A stretch of 63,576 bases of DNA, filler included, from Octopus bimaculoides (taxonomy: Eukaryota): the NCBI RefSeq assembly GCF_001194135.2. It is 4 parts of 4 records of this genome, joined end to end, with 100 filler letters (N's around TTAATTAATTAA, not from the genome) between each part and the next. Parts side by side here need not be neighbours in the genome. Positions count along the whole stretch, not along the records: positions 1 to 21,972 come from NC_069000.1; 3 more parts are not named here. One strand, 5' to 3'. How positions within the stretch are numbered: position 1 is the first letter of the stretch; each line of letters opens with the position of its first letter. The translations under genes and the position numbers were made by a program. Under the pieces are notes generated by a model. The model was not told the origin of the DNA and made no database searches. It saw nothing but the letters and a program-made list of their open reading frames with translations. Shown in pieces: positions 1 through 10,638 of this stretch.

Positions 1-31
<31 letters not shown>

Positions 32-34
<3 letters not shown>

Positions 35-215
35 GGCATCGGTACCATTTTCCTCTTTCTCCGTTCTTCCATTCTCCGAACTTTCCATCTTCCCGACGAA
101 GGGCTACGCCCGAAACGTCATACGCTCTCTCTTTCCTTTCCTGAGCGTCCAATAATACTATCCATATCACGTCCTCACTTTGTTGTGTTTTTGTGTTTTT
201 TGTTATTGTTTTTTT
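32..215 (+). mobile_element. Penelope-like element terminal fragment with hammerhead-like core (copy 1)
   Basis: Clearly similar to 33440-33630; contains CCGACGA-A-GGGC/TAC/GCCC-GAAACGTC at 93-119. Minimal hammerheads in Penelope-like terminal repeats are established. Confidence 0.5.
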
Positions 216-625
216 GAACTATATATATATATATATATATGTTATACAAACACATATCAACGGAATGCTAGATGTGCTTTAGATGTAAAATGAACAACGA
301 TGCAGTCCTATTTATTCTCGTGTAATGTTCACTTGTAATCTGTCTCTGGATTTATGTTAAGCATCTACTAACATGTGTAGCTATAAAACGAATCCGTTGT
401 GAGGATTTCCCCGTCACCCGCCTTTAAAAAAGACAGTCGAGTATGATGAGAGTGAAAAGAGGAATCGTGCATTCAAGTTAATTTTGTATGAAAAGAACAA
501 TCTATTTCACTTTTATTGGTGTTCAGGGTCAATGAAATTAATACCAGTAATATGATGAGGTGCGGGGGTCAATTGAACACTTTTTTGTTTGCACCAGATT
601 TATAAATCATTATCCTTATTCATGT

Positions 626-818
626 GGAGGAGCAATGGCCCAGTGGTTAGGGCAGCAGACTCGCGGTCGTAGGATCGCGGTTTCGAGTCCCAGACCGGGC
701 GTTGTGAGTGTTTATTGAGCGAAAAACACCTAAAGTTTCACGAGGCTCCGGCAGGGGATGGTGGTGAACCCTGCTGTACTCTCACTCTTTCTTCCTGTTT
801 CTGTTGTACCTGTAATTC
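626..818 (+). mobile_element. Young tRNA-derived SINE (family 1), 5' part, running into a gap
   Basis: Pol III A box TGGCCCAGTGG (636-646) and B box GGTTTCGAGTCC (679-690); near-identical sequence on the minus strand at 12290-12390 and 20290-20582. Confidence 0.8.
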
Positions 819-1361
819 NNNNNNNNNNNNNNNNNNNNNNNNNNNNNNNNNNNNNNNNNNNNNNNNNNNNNNNNNNNNNNNNNNNNNNNNNNNNNNNNNN
901 NNNNNNNNNNNNNNNNNNNNNNNNNNNNNNNNNNNNNNNNNNNNNNNNNNNNNNNNNNNNNNNNNNNNNNNNNNNNNNNNNNNNNNNNNNNNNNNNNNNN
1001 NNNNNNNNNNNNNNNNNNNNNNNNNNNNNNNNNNNNNNNNNNNNNNNNNNNNNNNNNNNNNNNNNNNNNNNNNNNNNNNNNNNNNNNNNNNNNNNNNNNN
1101 NNNNNNNNNNNNNNNNNNNNNNNNNNNNNNNNNNNNNNNNNNNNNNNNNNNNNNNNNNNNNNNNNNNNNNNNNNNNNNNNNNNNNNNNNNNNNNNNNNNN
1201 NNNNNNNNNNNNNNNNNNNNNNNNNNNNNNNNNNNNNNNNNNNNNNNNNNNNNNNNNNNNNNNNNNNNNNNNNNNNNNNNNNNNNNNNNNNNNNNNNNNN
1301 NNNNNNNNNNNNNNNNNNNNNNNNNNNNNNNNNNNNNNNNNNNNNNNNNNNNNNNNNNNNN

Positions 1362-2470
1362 GGGTCGATAAAAAAAGTACAAGATGAACACTGAGGTTGA
1401 TGTAATTGACGAACTCTCTCCCCTAAAACCTGTTGGCCTTGTGCCAAAATTTGAATAAATTAGCATAAGACAGCACGCTGGCAGAATCGTTAGAGCATCG
1501 AAGAAAGTTCATACTGACATTTCTTCCGGCTCTTCATATTCAAAGTTCAAATTCCGCCGAGGTCGACTTTGCCTTTCATTCTTTCGGGGGTCGATAAAAA
1601 AAGTACAAGATGAACACTGAGGTTGATGTAATTGACGAACTCTCTCCCCTAAAACCTGTTGGCCTTGTGCCAGAAATACTAGCCGTTATTGAAGGCGGTG
1701 AGCTGACAGAACCGTTAGTGCGTCGGACAAAAAACTAAGCGGCATTTCTTCCGGCTTTTTTTTACGATTCCATTCTTTGTGTATATATACATATACATAT
1801 ACATATGTACGATTAAAAAGTGAGGTATCTTTTAAGAAGTCACCCATCTCCACCTATGATGCACCAAACTGTATAGCGTTTTGTATAACGTCTTACTCGC
1901 GGGTTCCGGTGCACGATGGGTCGAAACGATCGTAGTGAATAATAATCTCGTGAATTCCATTTTCTTTCTTTCATATTTTATACATCTGTGTGTGTGTGTG
2001 TGTGTGTGTGTGTTTGTGTTTTCCCCCACCACCGCTTGACAACCGGTACTGGTTTGTTTTACGCTTCGGCAAGTTGTTAATGACATCCTGTTCTACCAGC
2101 GATTCTCACTGAAGACGATTTTGTCTTTCGTAAATTCTGGATCGACAAATGAAGTACCAGTTGAACACTGGGGTTGATGCAATTACCTACCCACCTCTCC
2201 TAAAAGCTGGTTGGCATAACGCCACAATTAGAAACCGTTACTCAAGGCGGTGAACCTACAGAACCATTAGCAAGTCGGACAAAAAACTTAGCGGCATTTC
2301 TTCCGGCTTTTTATTACATTTTGAGTTCAAATTCCGCTGAGGTCGATTTTGCTTTTCATCCTGCCGGTGTCAATACAATGAGTACCAGTTGCACACTGGG
2401 GGCTGATGTAAATTGACTTTATTCCCTCTCCTAAAAACTGTTGGCTTCGTACCAAAAGCTGAAGCCATTA
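1362..2470 (+). mobile_element. Cluster of tRNA-derived SINE family 2 copies (about 4, partial), plus a CORE-type SINE fragment
   Basis: Repeated ctggcagaatcgttag...gttcaaattccgccgaggtcgactttgcctttcat units; A-box-like TGGCAGAATCG and B-box-like GTTCAAATTCC. Confidence 0.75.
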
Positions 2471-2759
2471 TTACTAACATCATCCTCGCTTCCATCATTA
2501 TCCTCATCACGATCATCATCATCATCATCACTATCCTCATCATCATTATCATCATTAGCATCATTAGTACAGTCATCGCTGTTATTCACTATGACATTCT
2601 GTGCATTCCAGACAATAACTTTCCTTACAAACATTTCTTTTACAGAGAAAATCATAAAAGAAAGTTAAATTTATTAAAGCTCATTAACTTCGTTTCAGCT
2701 GTTGGTTCATTGCCATATAAGTGTGCCGCAAATAGTTTTAAAGAGGTTATGCATCTGTA

Positions 2760-2786
2760 CATATATGCATGCACGCATACATGTAC

Positions 2787-2840
<54 letters not shown>

Positions 2841-2862
2841 ATGTGTNNNNNNNNNNNNNNNN

Positions 2863-2924
<62 letters not shown>

Positions 2925-3233
2925 ATATATATGTGTATTTATATATATACATATGTATATATGTATATGTATAAATATATATATATGTATATACATATGT
3001 ATATACATACATATATATATACATATATGTACATATATATATATACATATATGTACATATATATATATATACACCTATATATATATATATATAGATATAT
3101 ATATATGTATATATATATATAAGTATATATGCATGTATATATATATATATATATATATACATATGTATATACATACATATATATATATACATATATGTAC
3201 ATATATATATACACCTATGTATATATAGATATA

Positions 3234-3264
<31 letters not shown>

Positions 3265-3480
3265 NNNNNNNNNNNNNNNNNNNNNNNNNNNNNNNNNNNN
3301 NNNNNNNNNNNNNNNNNNNNNNNNNNNNNNNNNNNNNNNNNNNNNNNNNNNNNNNNNNNNNNNNGAGAGAGAGAGAGAGAGAGATAAACAGAGAGATAAA
3401 ACAAATAGATAAATAGACTGACAGGTAAATAGATAGATAGATAGATAGATAGACAAGTAGGCAGATGGATAGACAGTGTT
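2760..3480. repeat. Compound (TA)n/(TG)n/(GA)n/(GATA)n microsatellite field with gaps
   Basis: Direct inspection; similar fields at ~10320-10760, 38060-38440, 43680-44760, 52100-52450, 56720-57550 and 58690-63430. Confidence 0.95.
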
Positions 3481-3531
3481 TGCGTGCAATGTAAAGATCT
3501 ATACTAGAAATAAATAATTCAAAACTTTGTT

Positions 3532-3900
3532 AAGCAGCTGGATTTAATAAGAACATTCTTAACCGAAATAGGAATGGAATTCGGCCAAATGAAATGTTCA
3601 GGTTTCCCAAACCGAAATATTTTGCATCAATGGTCTGTGGCTCTATCATTCTTCACAACGAGTGCTGAAGATATTTAAGATATTGACGAACGCATATCAT
3701 ACATAAATGCTGCGAAGAAAGAATGTTATAAACACTTCAAAGATATACTGGTTAGAGATCTCCTCTCACAACAAGACATTATCCCAGAATACATTTGCTG
3801 TATCAGTAAATAGTACAATCATTTCAGATACTTGGCTGGTCTATAAAGAGTATCAGCGTTATTTATATTTGAACCCGCGAACTAGGCATCAATTGTAAGC
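3532..3900 (+). mobile_element. Degenerate R4/Dong-like non-LTR retrotransposon RT fragment
   Basis: KQLDLIRTFLTEIGMEFGQMKC (from 3532) and TLSQNTFAVSVNSTIISDTW resemble the post-YMDD region (FSxDIGMxFGxxKC; NTFAVPV) of R4-clade RTs; frameshifted. Confidence 0.55.
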
Positions 3901-4255
3901 TTCCACAGAAATGGTGACATCTATAAGCAGGAAAATTGAAAAAGATAATTGAAAAAGATTAGTTCAGAGACTCAAATTGTTCGCTGATCCGTAGTGTTCG
4001 CTGAAATTATAGATAAAGCCATCGGTTCATGTCGATAAGTCGGTCTTCTTGTTGACGATACACATGTGGAAAAATCGGTGTCCCATAACACTTTGTACTA
4101 ATGAGTCGAGTGTGTTCTGAGCACATAGTTGTCGTAAAGGAGCTGTACTTCTGTGACAAACACAGCAGCCATTAGCATATTCACTTCGAATTTGCCGGAA
4201 CGTATTAAGAATAAATACGTAAGATAAGATGCATGTATGTTTGTATGTGTGTGTA

Positions 4256-4291
<36 letters not shown>

Positions 4292-5231
4292 TGTGTGTGT
4301 GTGTGTGTACATATATTTTATACATATATATGAATGTATGTTTGTATGTATAAACGTATGTTGTATATATGTGCATGTACACAAGTGTATGTATGTGTGG
4401 ATGGCTGGATGGATCTGAGTATCTTAACCTGGGTATACTAAAAGAAGGCCACAATACTATGGTAATCAGAGGCAGTGAGCTAGAACGTTAAAACTTGGTG
4501 CTCAATCACAGCTGAGTTCAAGATCAATATGTGCCAAGCGGCTTTACTCTGCGTGGTTTAGCTTCGTTACTATGGCAACAGTCCGGATACTTATTGATCA
4601 TACCTAGTATATAAACACACACACACACACACACATATACAACCTCCTATTCAGGTAGCTTACTCCGAGATAAACAAAAAATGCCATGATCTTCACTAAT
4701 GACTTTGTACCCAGCCAACTGTACTGTTTTAATTTAAACAAAAATGAGATAAGAAAAATAACTCAAAGTGGCCAGTGAAATGCATTTAAACAATCTAGAC
4801 GAATACAGGTGTATGGAATACCGTACGACATAATTTCTTGGTTTATTAAAATTATTTCCGCCTCGTAATTACTAAATGATAATTCAGAACAGATCCACTT
4901 GAGGAGGGAAGATAATCTCGTTGTTTGCTTCTAAACTTCTTCGAATCTGTCTCCTTATAGTTTAACTTATCTGAAACCTTCCTACCCGCATGCCGTCACA
5001 ATAAAAATCGCAGAACTAAAAGAATATATTTGCTATCATCACGTTTATATGTGAATGTGCGTGTTATATATTTATGTCTCCAGGTTGATGTATATGTCTA
5101 ATTACAGAATCTCAATATGTACGTGTAGGTATATAGACGCGTGTTCGTACGTGTCTTATAAATTGTATGCTGAAGAAATAACTCGCATGGATTTCAATGA
5201 TTATTTATTGAGAGAAGAAATTGACAATGTT

Positions 5232-5311
5232 TTTATTGATTTTTGAAATTTTTTACCGTTATTTTTTAATGTGATTTCTTTATTTTTGATTGTATTTTTT
5301 CTGTCTTTATT
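5232..5311 (-). promoter_or_regulatory. Candidate polyadenylation signals of the IMPase gene
   Basis: Three minus-strand AATAAA hexamers (plus-strand tttatt at 5306-5311, 5279-5284, 5232-5237), 170-250 nt past the stop codon. The region is very AT-rich, so chance hits are possible. Confidence 0.45.
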
Positions 5312-5478
5312 TTGTAATTTTTTTTTTCAATAATAACAATAATAATATTTTAACATTTGTTTTTTTTCAATGAAAAAGAAAAAAAAAAGAACAGTTTTTC
5401 GTCTTTCATTCACGATTAAACACTAAAATAGTGAACGCTAAAAAAAAGTGTTCATTTGTGGACGGAAGGTGAAAATTG

Positions 5479-5585
5479 TTAATCGGGTATGAATTCTTGA
5501 GATTTAATTTGGCTTCTTAGTTGATGAGCCAAACTTCGGGAAGAAGCACATAAAATACGCCGATTCATCATATCCAGTTTTCCTC
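5479..5585 (-). CDS. IMPA1: Inositol monophosphatase, last coding exon (GGKLDMMNRRILCASSRSLAHQLRSQIKSQEFIPD*)
   Basis: 107 nt to stop TAA (5481-5479), tttgttcag| acceptor; LDMMNRRILCAS matches the family FDLMSRRVIAA motif. Confidence 0.95.
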
Positions 5586-5689
5586 CTGAACAAATATAGT
5601 TTTAAAAAACGACATTGTTAAAGATCTGACACGTTGTACATTTTTTAGCAGGAAGTTAACATCATCAACAACAACAATAATAATTTCAT

Positions 5690-6152
5690 ATTTTAGCACA
5701 AGGCCAGACCTTTCAGGGAAGGAGCTAAGTCGATTACGTCGATCCCAGTGTTCAACTAGTACTTATTTTATAGACCCTGAAAGGATGAAAGGCAAAGTAG
5801 ACCCCAGCGAAATTTGAACTCCGAACGAAAGGACGGACGAAATGCTACTAAGCATTTGCCCGGCGCGGTAATGATTCTGCCAGCCCAGCGCCAAATAACG
5901 GTTTGAAATCATAGCACAAGGCCAACAATTGAGGGAATGGATGCAAGTCGATTACATCGACCCCAGTGATCGACTGGTATTCATTTTTGTTGACCCCGAA
6001 AATTTTTGATCGACCTGAAATTTTTTGATCGGGCCCCAGTACGATGAAAGGCAAAGTCGACCTCGCCCGTAATTGAACTCAGAACGTAGTGACGAGCGAA
6101 ACACCACTAAGCATTTTGTCCAGCGTGCTAACGATTCTGCCAGCTCGCCGCC

Positions 6153-6199
<47 letters not shown>

Positions 6200-6895
6200 C
6201 CTTTCTATCATAGGCACAAAGCCTGAAATAAGGGCTTCAAATCATAGCACAAGGTTAGCAATTGAGGGAATGGGTGCAAGTCGATTACATGCACCTCAGT
6301 ATGCAACTGGTACTTAATTTTTCAACCCCGAAAGGATGAAAGGTAAAGTCGACCTCGGTGGAATTTGAACTCAGGACGTAGCGACGGGCGAAATACCGCT
6401 AAACATTTCGTCCTGCGTGCTGACAGTTCTGCCAGCTCGCTGCCTGAATAATAATAATAATAATAATAACAACAACAACAACGATAATACATTTGTAAAT
6501 TTTGGCGCAAGGCCAGAAATTTTGAGGGGAGGGGAAATCGATTACATTCAACTGGTACTTATTTCCACGACCCCTGAAAAGTTTAAAAGGTAAAATCGAC
6601 CTCATTTGAACGCGTAGCGTAAAGCCAGAAGAAATGCCGCTAAGCATTTTTCTCCGGCATCCTAACGATTCTGCCAGCTCACCGCCTTATCGATAATCCT
6701 CATTAATATAGGCACAAAGCCTGAAAGTTTGGGGAAAGGGGGCCAGTCGTTTACATCGAACCCAGTGCACAACTGGTACATATTTAATCGACCTTGAAAG
6801 GATGATAGGCAAAGTAACCTCGGTGGAATTTGAACCAAGAAAGTAAAGTCAGACAAAACGCCATGGTAGCAATTGTGCTAACTCGTCGCCTTACA
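5690..6895 (-). mobile_element. Five head-to-tail SINE family 2 copies in the last IMPase intron
   Basis: Copies at ~5693-5890, 5905-6155, 6238-6445, 6500-6688 and 6708-6893, all in one orientation; several are separated by (AAT)n/(AAC)n tracts. Confidence 0.8.
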
Positions 6896-7050
6896 TTTTC
6901 CAATATATTCTTCCGTAATTTTTTTTTCTGGTGGTAGGGTGCGCTTTGATAGGGCTTTGACTTCTCTGTCTTGCGGGTTTACGTATGTATGTGTTAACAC
7001 GTATTGCTATGAATCTGTGAGTGAATGTCTGCTTATTTTCAAATACTAAC

Positions 7051-7205
7051 CATTATTAGGGTCCATCACTGTGGCCCCGGCTTCAGTTGCTATCAGTATA
7101 CCAGCTGCGATGTCCCATACGTGAATTCCATATTCAACAAAAGCATCGGCCTGGCCACAAGCAACACCACACAAATCTAAAGCCGCTGAGCCCTGGGCCC
7201 GTATT
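7051..7205 (-). CDS. IMPA1: Inositol monophosphatase, coding exon 7 ([52 protein letters not shown])
   Basis: 155 nt, ttattccacag| acceptor, G|gttagt donor; GSAA and WDIAAG...EAG signature 2 of the inositol monophosphatase family. Confidence 0.98.
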
Positions 7206-7860
7206 CTGTGGAATAAAATGAAATATGAAATGAAATTTTCAAAATTCAGAAAACGTTTGGATTATTTGTATAAGATGAACAATACAGAATCTTGGTCAAT
7301 AAAACATCCGGTGTTTTTACGTCGAAATTACGTGTTGTAACTGCTATAGTTTAACTCCCTGTAAGCTTTTATCAATAGAACAAATTTCAATTTCGCCATT
7401 TTTGTGGTTTATCAACATCACGTACTTGAACCGAGCCGGGGGTGGATTGAATCGCCAGTCTATGACTATATGTAAATCGTGTAACAACCATGTGCTGGTG
7501 TGCCCTGACCATGCATGCATAAGATTAAATTCAATCCCAAATTAAAAGCAGCGCTGCTATTGTAAACTTTATCGACCACACATACTAAATGTATGTGTCT
7601 TGCTTGTTCACCAGTGACTCGTTGAATAAAAAGAGATTTCTGTTCCATTAATTTATGAAATGCTGGATGCCAACTGCCTTGAGTAGGTGTGATGTGACTG
7701 AATGAGGCTGTGATGTGAGCAACTAATGTTTCAAACAGAGTTATTATTCATTCAAGATTGACAACATCATCGCCAGACTTGACATAAATTTGTTCCACAA
7801 TCAAACGGAAATTGAATGTAAATTAAAAATTGACATTACAATTATTTTCGCAATATTTAC

Positions 7861-7966
7861 CCGTGACTCTTCATAATAATATTGTACATGTTACCAAATT
7901 TAATTTCAAGCTTTTTTGGTTCACGATGGCTACCGAATTCTGAAAACACCAAAGCTTTTTTAAGTT
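7861..7966 (-). CDS. IMPA1: Inositol monophosphatase, coding exon 6 (ELKKALVFSEFGSHREPKKLEIKFGNMYNIIMKSHG)
   Basis: 106 nt, tttctttcag| acceptor, GG|gtaaat donor; phase 1 in and phase 2 out fit both neighbours; aligns by eye to DITKSLLVTELGSSR...HG. Confidence 0.93.
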
Positions 7967-8820
7967 CTGAAAGAAATGCAAATAATAATTTAGAATTGAG
8001 TCTCGCATTGTCGACTTGCAGAAAAAGTTCCATACTCTATCCTGCAAGAAACATCGGAAAAATTTCTTGAGATCTGTGGAGATTTGTTGTCACCAAATCT
8101 CAAGATAAAAGTACTAGGTTCATGAAGAAGATGATGATGATGATACTTTCTACTAAAAGCACAAGGCCTGAAATTTTTTGTGGGGAGGGGTCTAATCGAT
8201 TACATCGACCTCAGTCGATGTAATCGACTGTTAATTAATTTATCGACTGTTACTTAATTTATCGACCCCGCACGCACACACACACACATACACGCAAGAA
8301 GATTGCTCCCAAACCACATAGTTTCATGTTTAGTCCTAATGAGTTAGTGTCTACTGCTATAATCAATGACCGGCCAAAGACTCGTGAGTGAAAATAAGTA
8401 GATAGAAATTGTAAGAAGCCCGTCGCGTATATTTATGTGTGTGTGTGTATGTGTATGTATATATATGGTTAGTTTTCTGATAGGGTAGGAAATCAGAGTA
8501 TTTTCAATGAAGCACTTAACCTGAGCTCATGGTTATATACACATTTCACATGAAATTTCTGCGTGGAATGGCATTAATAACAGTGGCAACGAAACAGCTG
8601 TAATTAGTAATTAAAGATGTGCTAAACACTTTCTTTTTTCTGTCTTCTTATTTGGATTATATATGCATACAAACATAAATATAATATATTAGTTAATTCG
8701 GCATCTTTTCATTTGTTGCCGATTGAAACCGCGCTTGCGTGGTGAATTTGAAAAGTTATAATATATAATGATGAGACACGTGTTATTCTCTCTCTAAATT
8801 ATATGTCAATGTTTTGGTGT

Positions 8821-8890
8821 AGCCACTGATGAGAACTTCGCCTGGCAAATTATTTTATTTGCTAATTAGAGTTCGAAATCTAGGTATGTG
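8821..8890 (+). ncRNA. Type I hammerhead ribozyme-like motif (probably Penelope-derived)
   Basis: CTGATGA (8826-8832), perfect stem II GAACT/AGTTC (8833-8837/8870-8874), GAAA (8875-8878), near-palindromic helix III ATCTAGGT, triplet GUA ending 8886; stem I only ~2 bp. Confidence 0.55.
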
Positions 8891-9321
8891 TGTGAAAAAA
8901 ACAAGGTAAAATTTTATATTTTTCATTGCCTTCGAAATTGCTCTTAAATGTGACTTTGGTCGTTTTGACTGCTGCTTCTAGCATGTAAAGCTGCCTGTTA
9001 AGGGTCACCTCTTTTTGTGTTTAAATGTACACTTATTTTATATGGAAAATATGTTGTCTATATACATATATACACGAATCCCCGAAAACTAGAAAACCGT
9101 ATCTAAGTTGTGTTTACCCAAGCTTAATAAGATTATCTCTGGTGTAAATAAACCCAATATCAATATAAGTAATTACCATAAACCATGAATTGACAAAAAC
9201 TTTCAACTTTACGAGCATGAAGGACAACTCAGATTAATGAGATCCTCAAGGCATAAAAAATTCACAAACAAGCATGTCAAATGATTTCGTGGCATAATAA
9301 TTCACCGAACTTGTGTCTCAC

Positions 9322-9430
9322 CTGTTTGTCCTGATACTGATATTTCTTCACTGTTACAATATGCACCTTGGCCTTTCTTAGCAGAATAAAGTTTCTCTTG
9401 GATTGGGTTGTAGACTATACCCATTACAAT
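9322..9430 (-). CDS. IMPA1: Inositol monophosphatase, coding exon 5 (IVMGIVYNPIQEKLYSAKKGQGAYCNSEEISVSGQT)
   Basis: 109 nt, ttcttgtttcag| acceptor, G|gtgaga donor; GxVYNP...A.KG.GA.CN pattern of IMPases. Confidence 0.96.
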
Positions 9431-10320
9431 CTGAAACAAGAACCAAAATAATTAGTGACATGCGTCGAAGCTATTTCTTTTTCATGAACCTCAAAGGTTA
9501 TCTTAATAATTTACCGGATTTACGGTACTAGGATTACCAACTACTTCAATGGACAAAATAATTTGAAAGGAAAAAAAGAGGTAATTTAGAACTTAATGTA
9601 ATCACATTATTTTTGTAAGTTAGCCAGTAGAAATGATTATTTAAGTTAGCTATTTGTTATGATGATTAAAATTGTACATTTTATTATTACAATTTTAGAT
9701 TCATAGTATCCGATTATTCTGTTAACACTTTCAGCTAGTTCTTTCTCTTGTTACCTGGCGCTTGGCCAGATGTACATCTCTCTTCGTATCCGGCTTTAGG
9801 TCAAGGAGTATATTTCTCTCTCTCCTCTCTCCCTCTCTCCTCTCTCCCCTCTCCCCCTCTCTCTCTCTTCAGTAGCATGTCAACAAAGGACAATGCAACT
9901 TTCACTTTCTCTGTTCGTCAATCTAAAGAGATAAATTCTCTTACTTTTATACACTCCTTCTTTCTTCGGTCTCCTAGCAGTCAACAACTGATGAAGACCA
10001 CTACTTACGAAATGGATGACAGAATTTCTACTAATCTTTATACAACAACAGCTCGAAACAGCTGTTTATTATCTTGTAGCAAAGTAACGCAAAAACCATT
10101 TCAACTATTAATTTCTTCTGTTAGTTATTTCATGGTCTTCGAAAACAACTAACTTATCCATTACATTCTCGGAGACCAGACATCTACCATGCATTCTACT
10201 AAAGATTACACTTAGTGACATTCGACTTAAGAACCGTAACCTCTTTAATTAACCAACTGTTGCATCTGACGACTCTTGCGTTGTAAGTATCAAATATGCA
10301 GTCTTCTCAACATGCCAACC

Positions 10321-10358
<38 letters not shown>

Positions 10359-10426
10359 TTAAGTATATATATGTATATATATGTATTTATATATATGTAT
10401 ATATACCTATATAAGTATATATATAC

Positions 10427-10461
<35 letters not shown>

Positions 10462-10573
10462 TATATGTATGAGTGTGTATATATATGTATATATATATGA
10501 ATATATATATATATATATGTTTGTATATTTGTATATATATATATATGTATATATATATGCATATATATATTTG

Positions 10574-10638
<65 letters not shown>

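Noticed and set aside
626-700. tRNA-like sequence with A and B boxes
   Set aside because: No complete cloverleaf or acceptor stem; it is the head of a multi-copy SINE. The same applies at 19318 and to the family 2 heads.
2100-2140. CTGAAGA-CGA...TCG-TAAA hammerhead-like string
   Set aside because: The invariant GAAA is TAAA, stem II is 3 bp and there is no stem I or III.
5690-6895. Regularly spaced repeats superficially like a CRISPR array
   Set aside because: Units are ~200-nt diverged SINEs in a eukaryotic intron, with no short identical repeats, unique spacers or cas genes.
9300-9360. YCNSEEISVSGQTGETQVR resembling a GIY-YIG endonuclease motif (YIGQTG)
   Set aside because: It is the 3' end of IMPase exon 5 read through its gtgaga donor.
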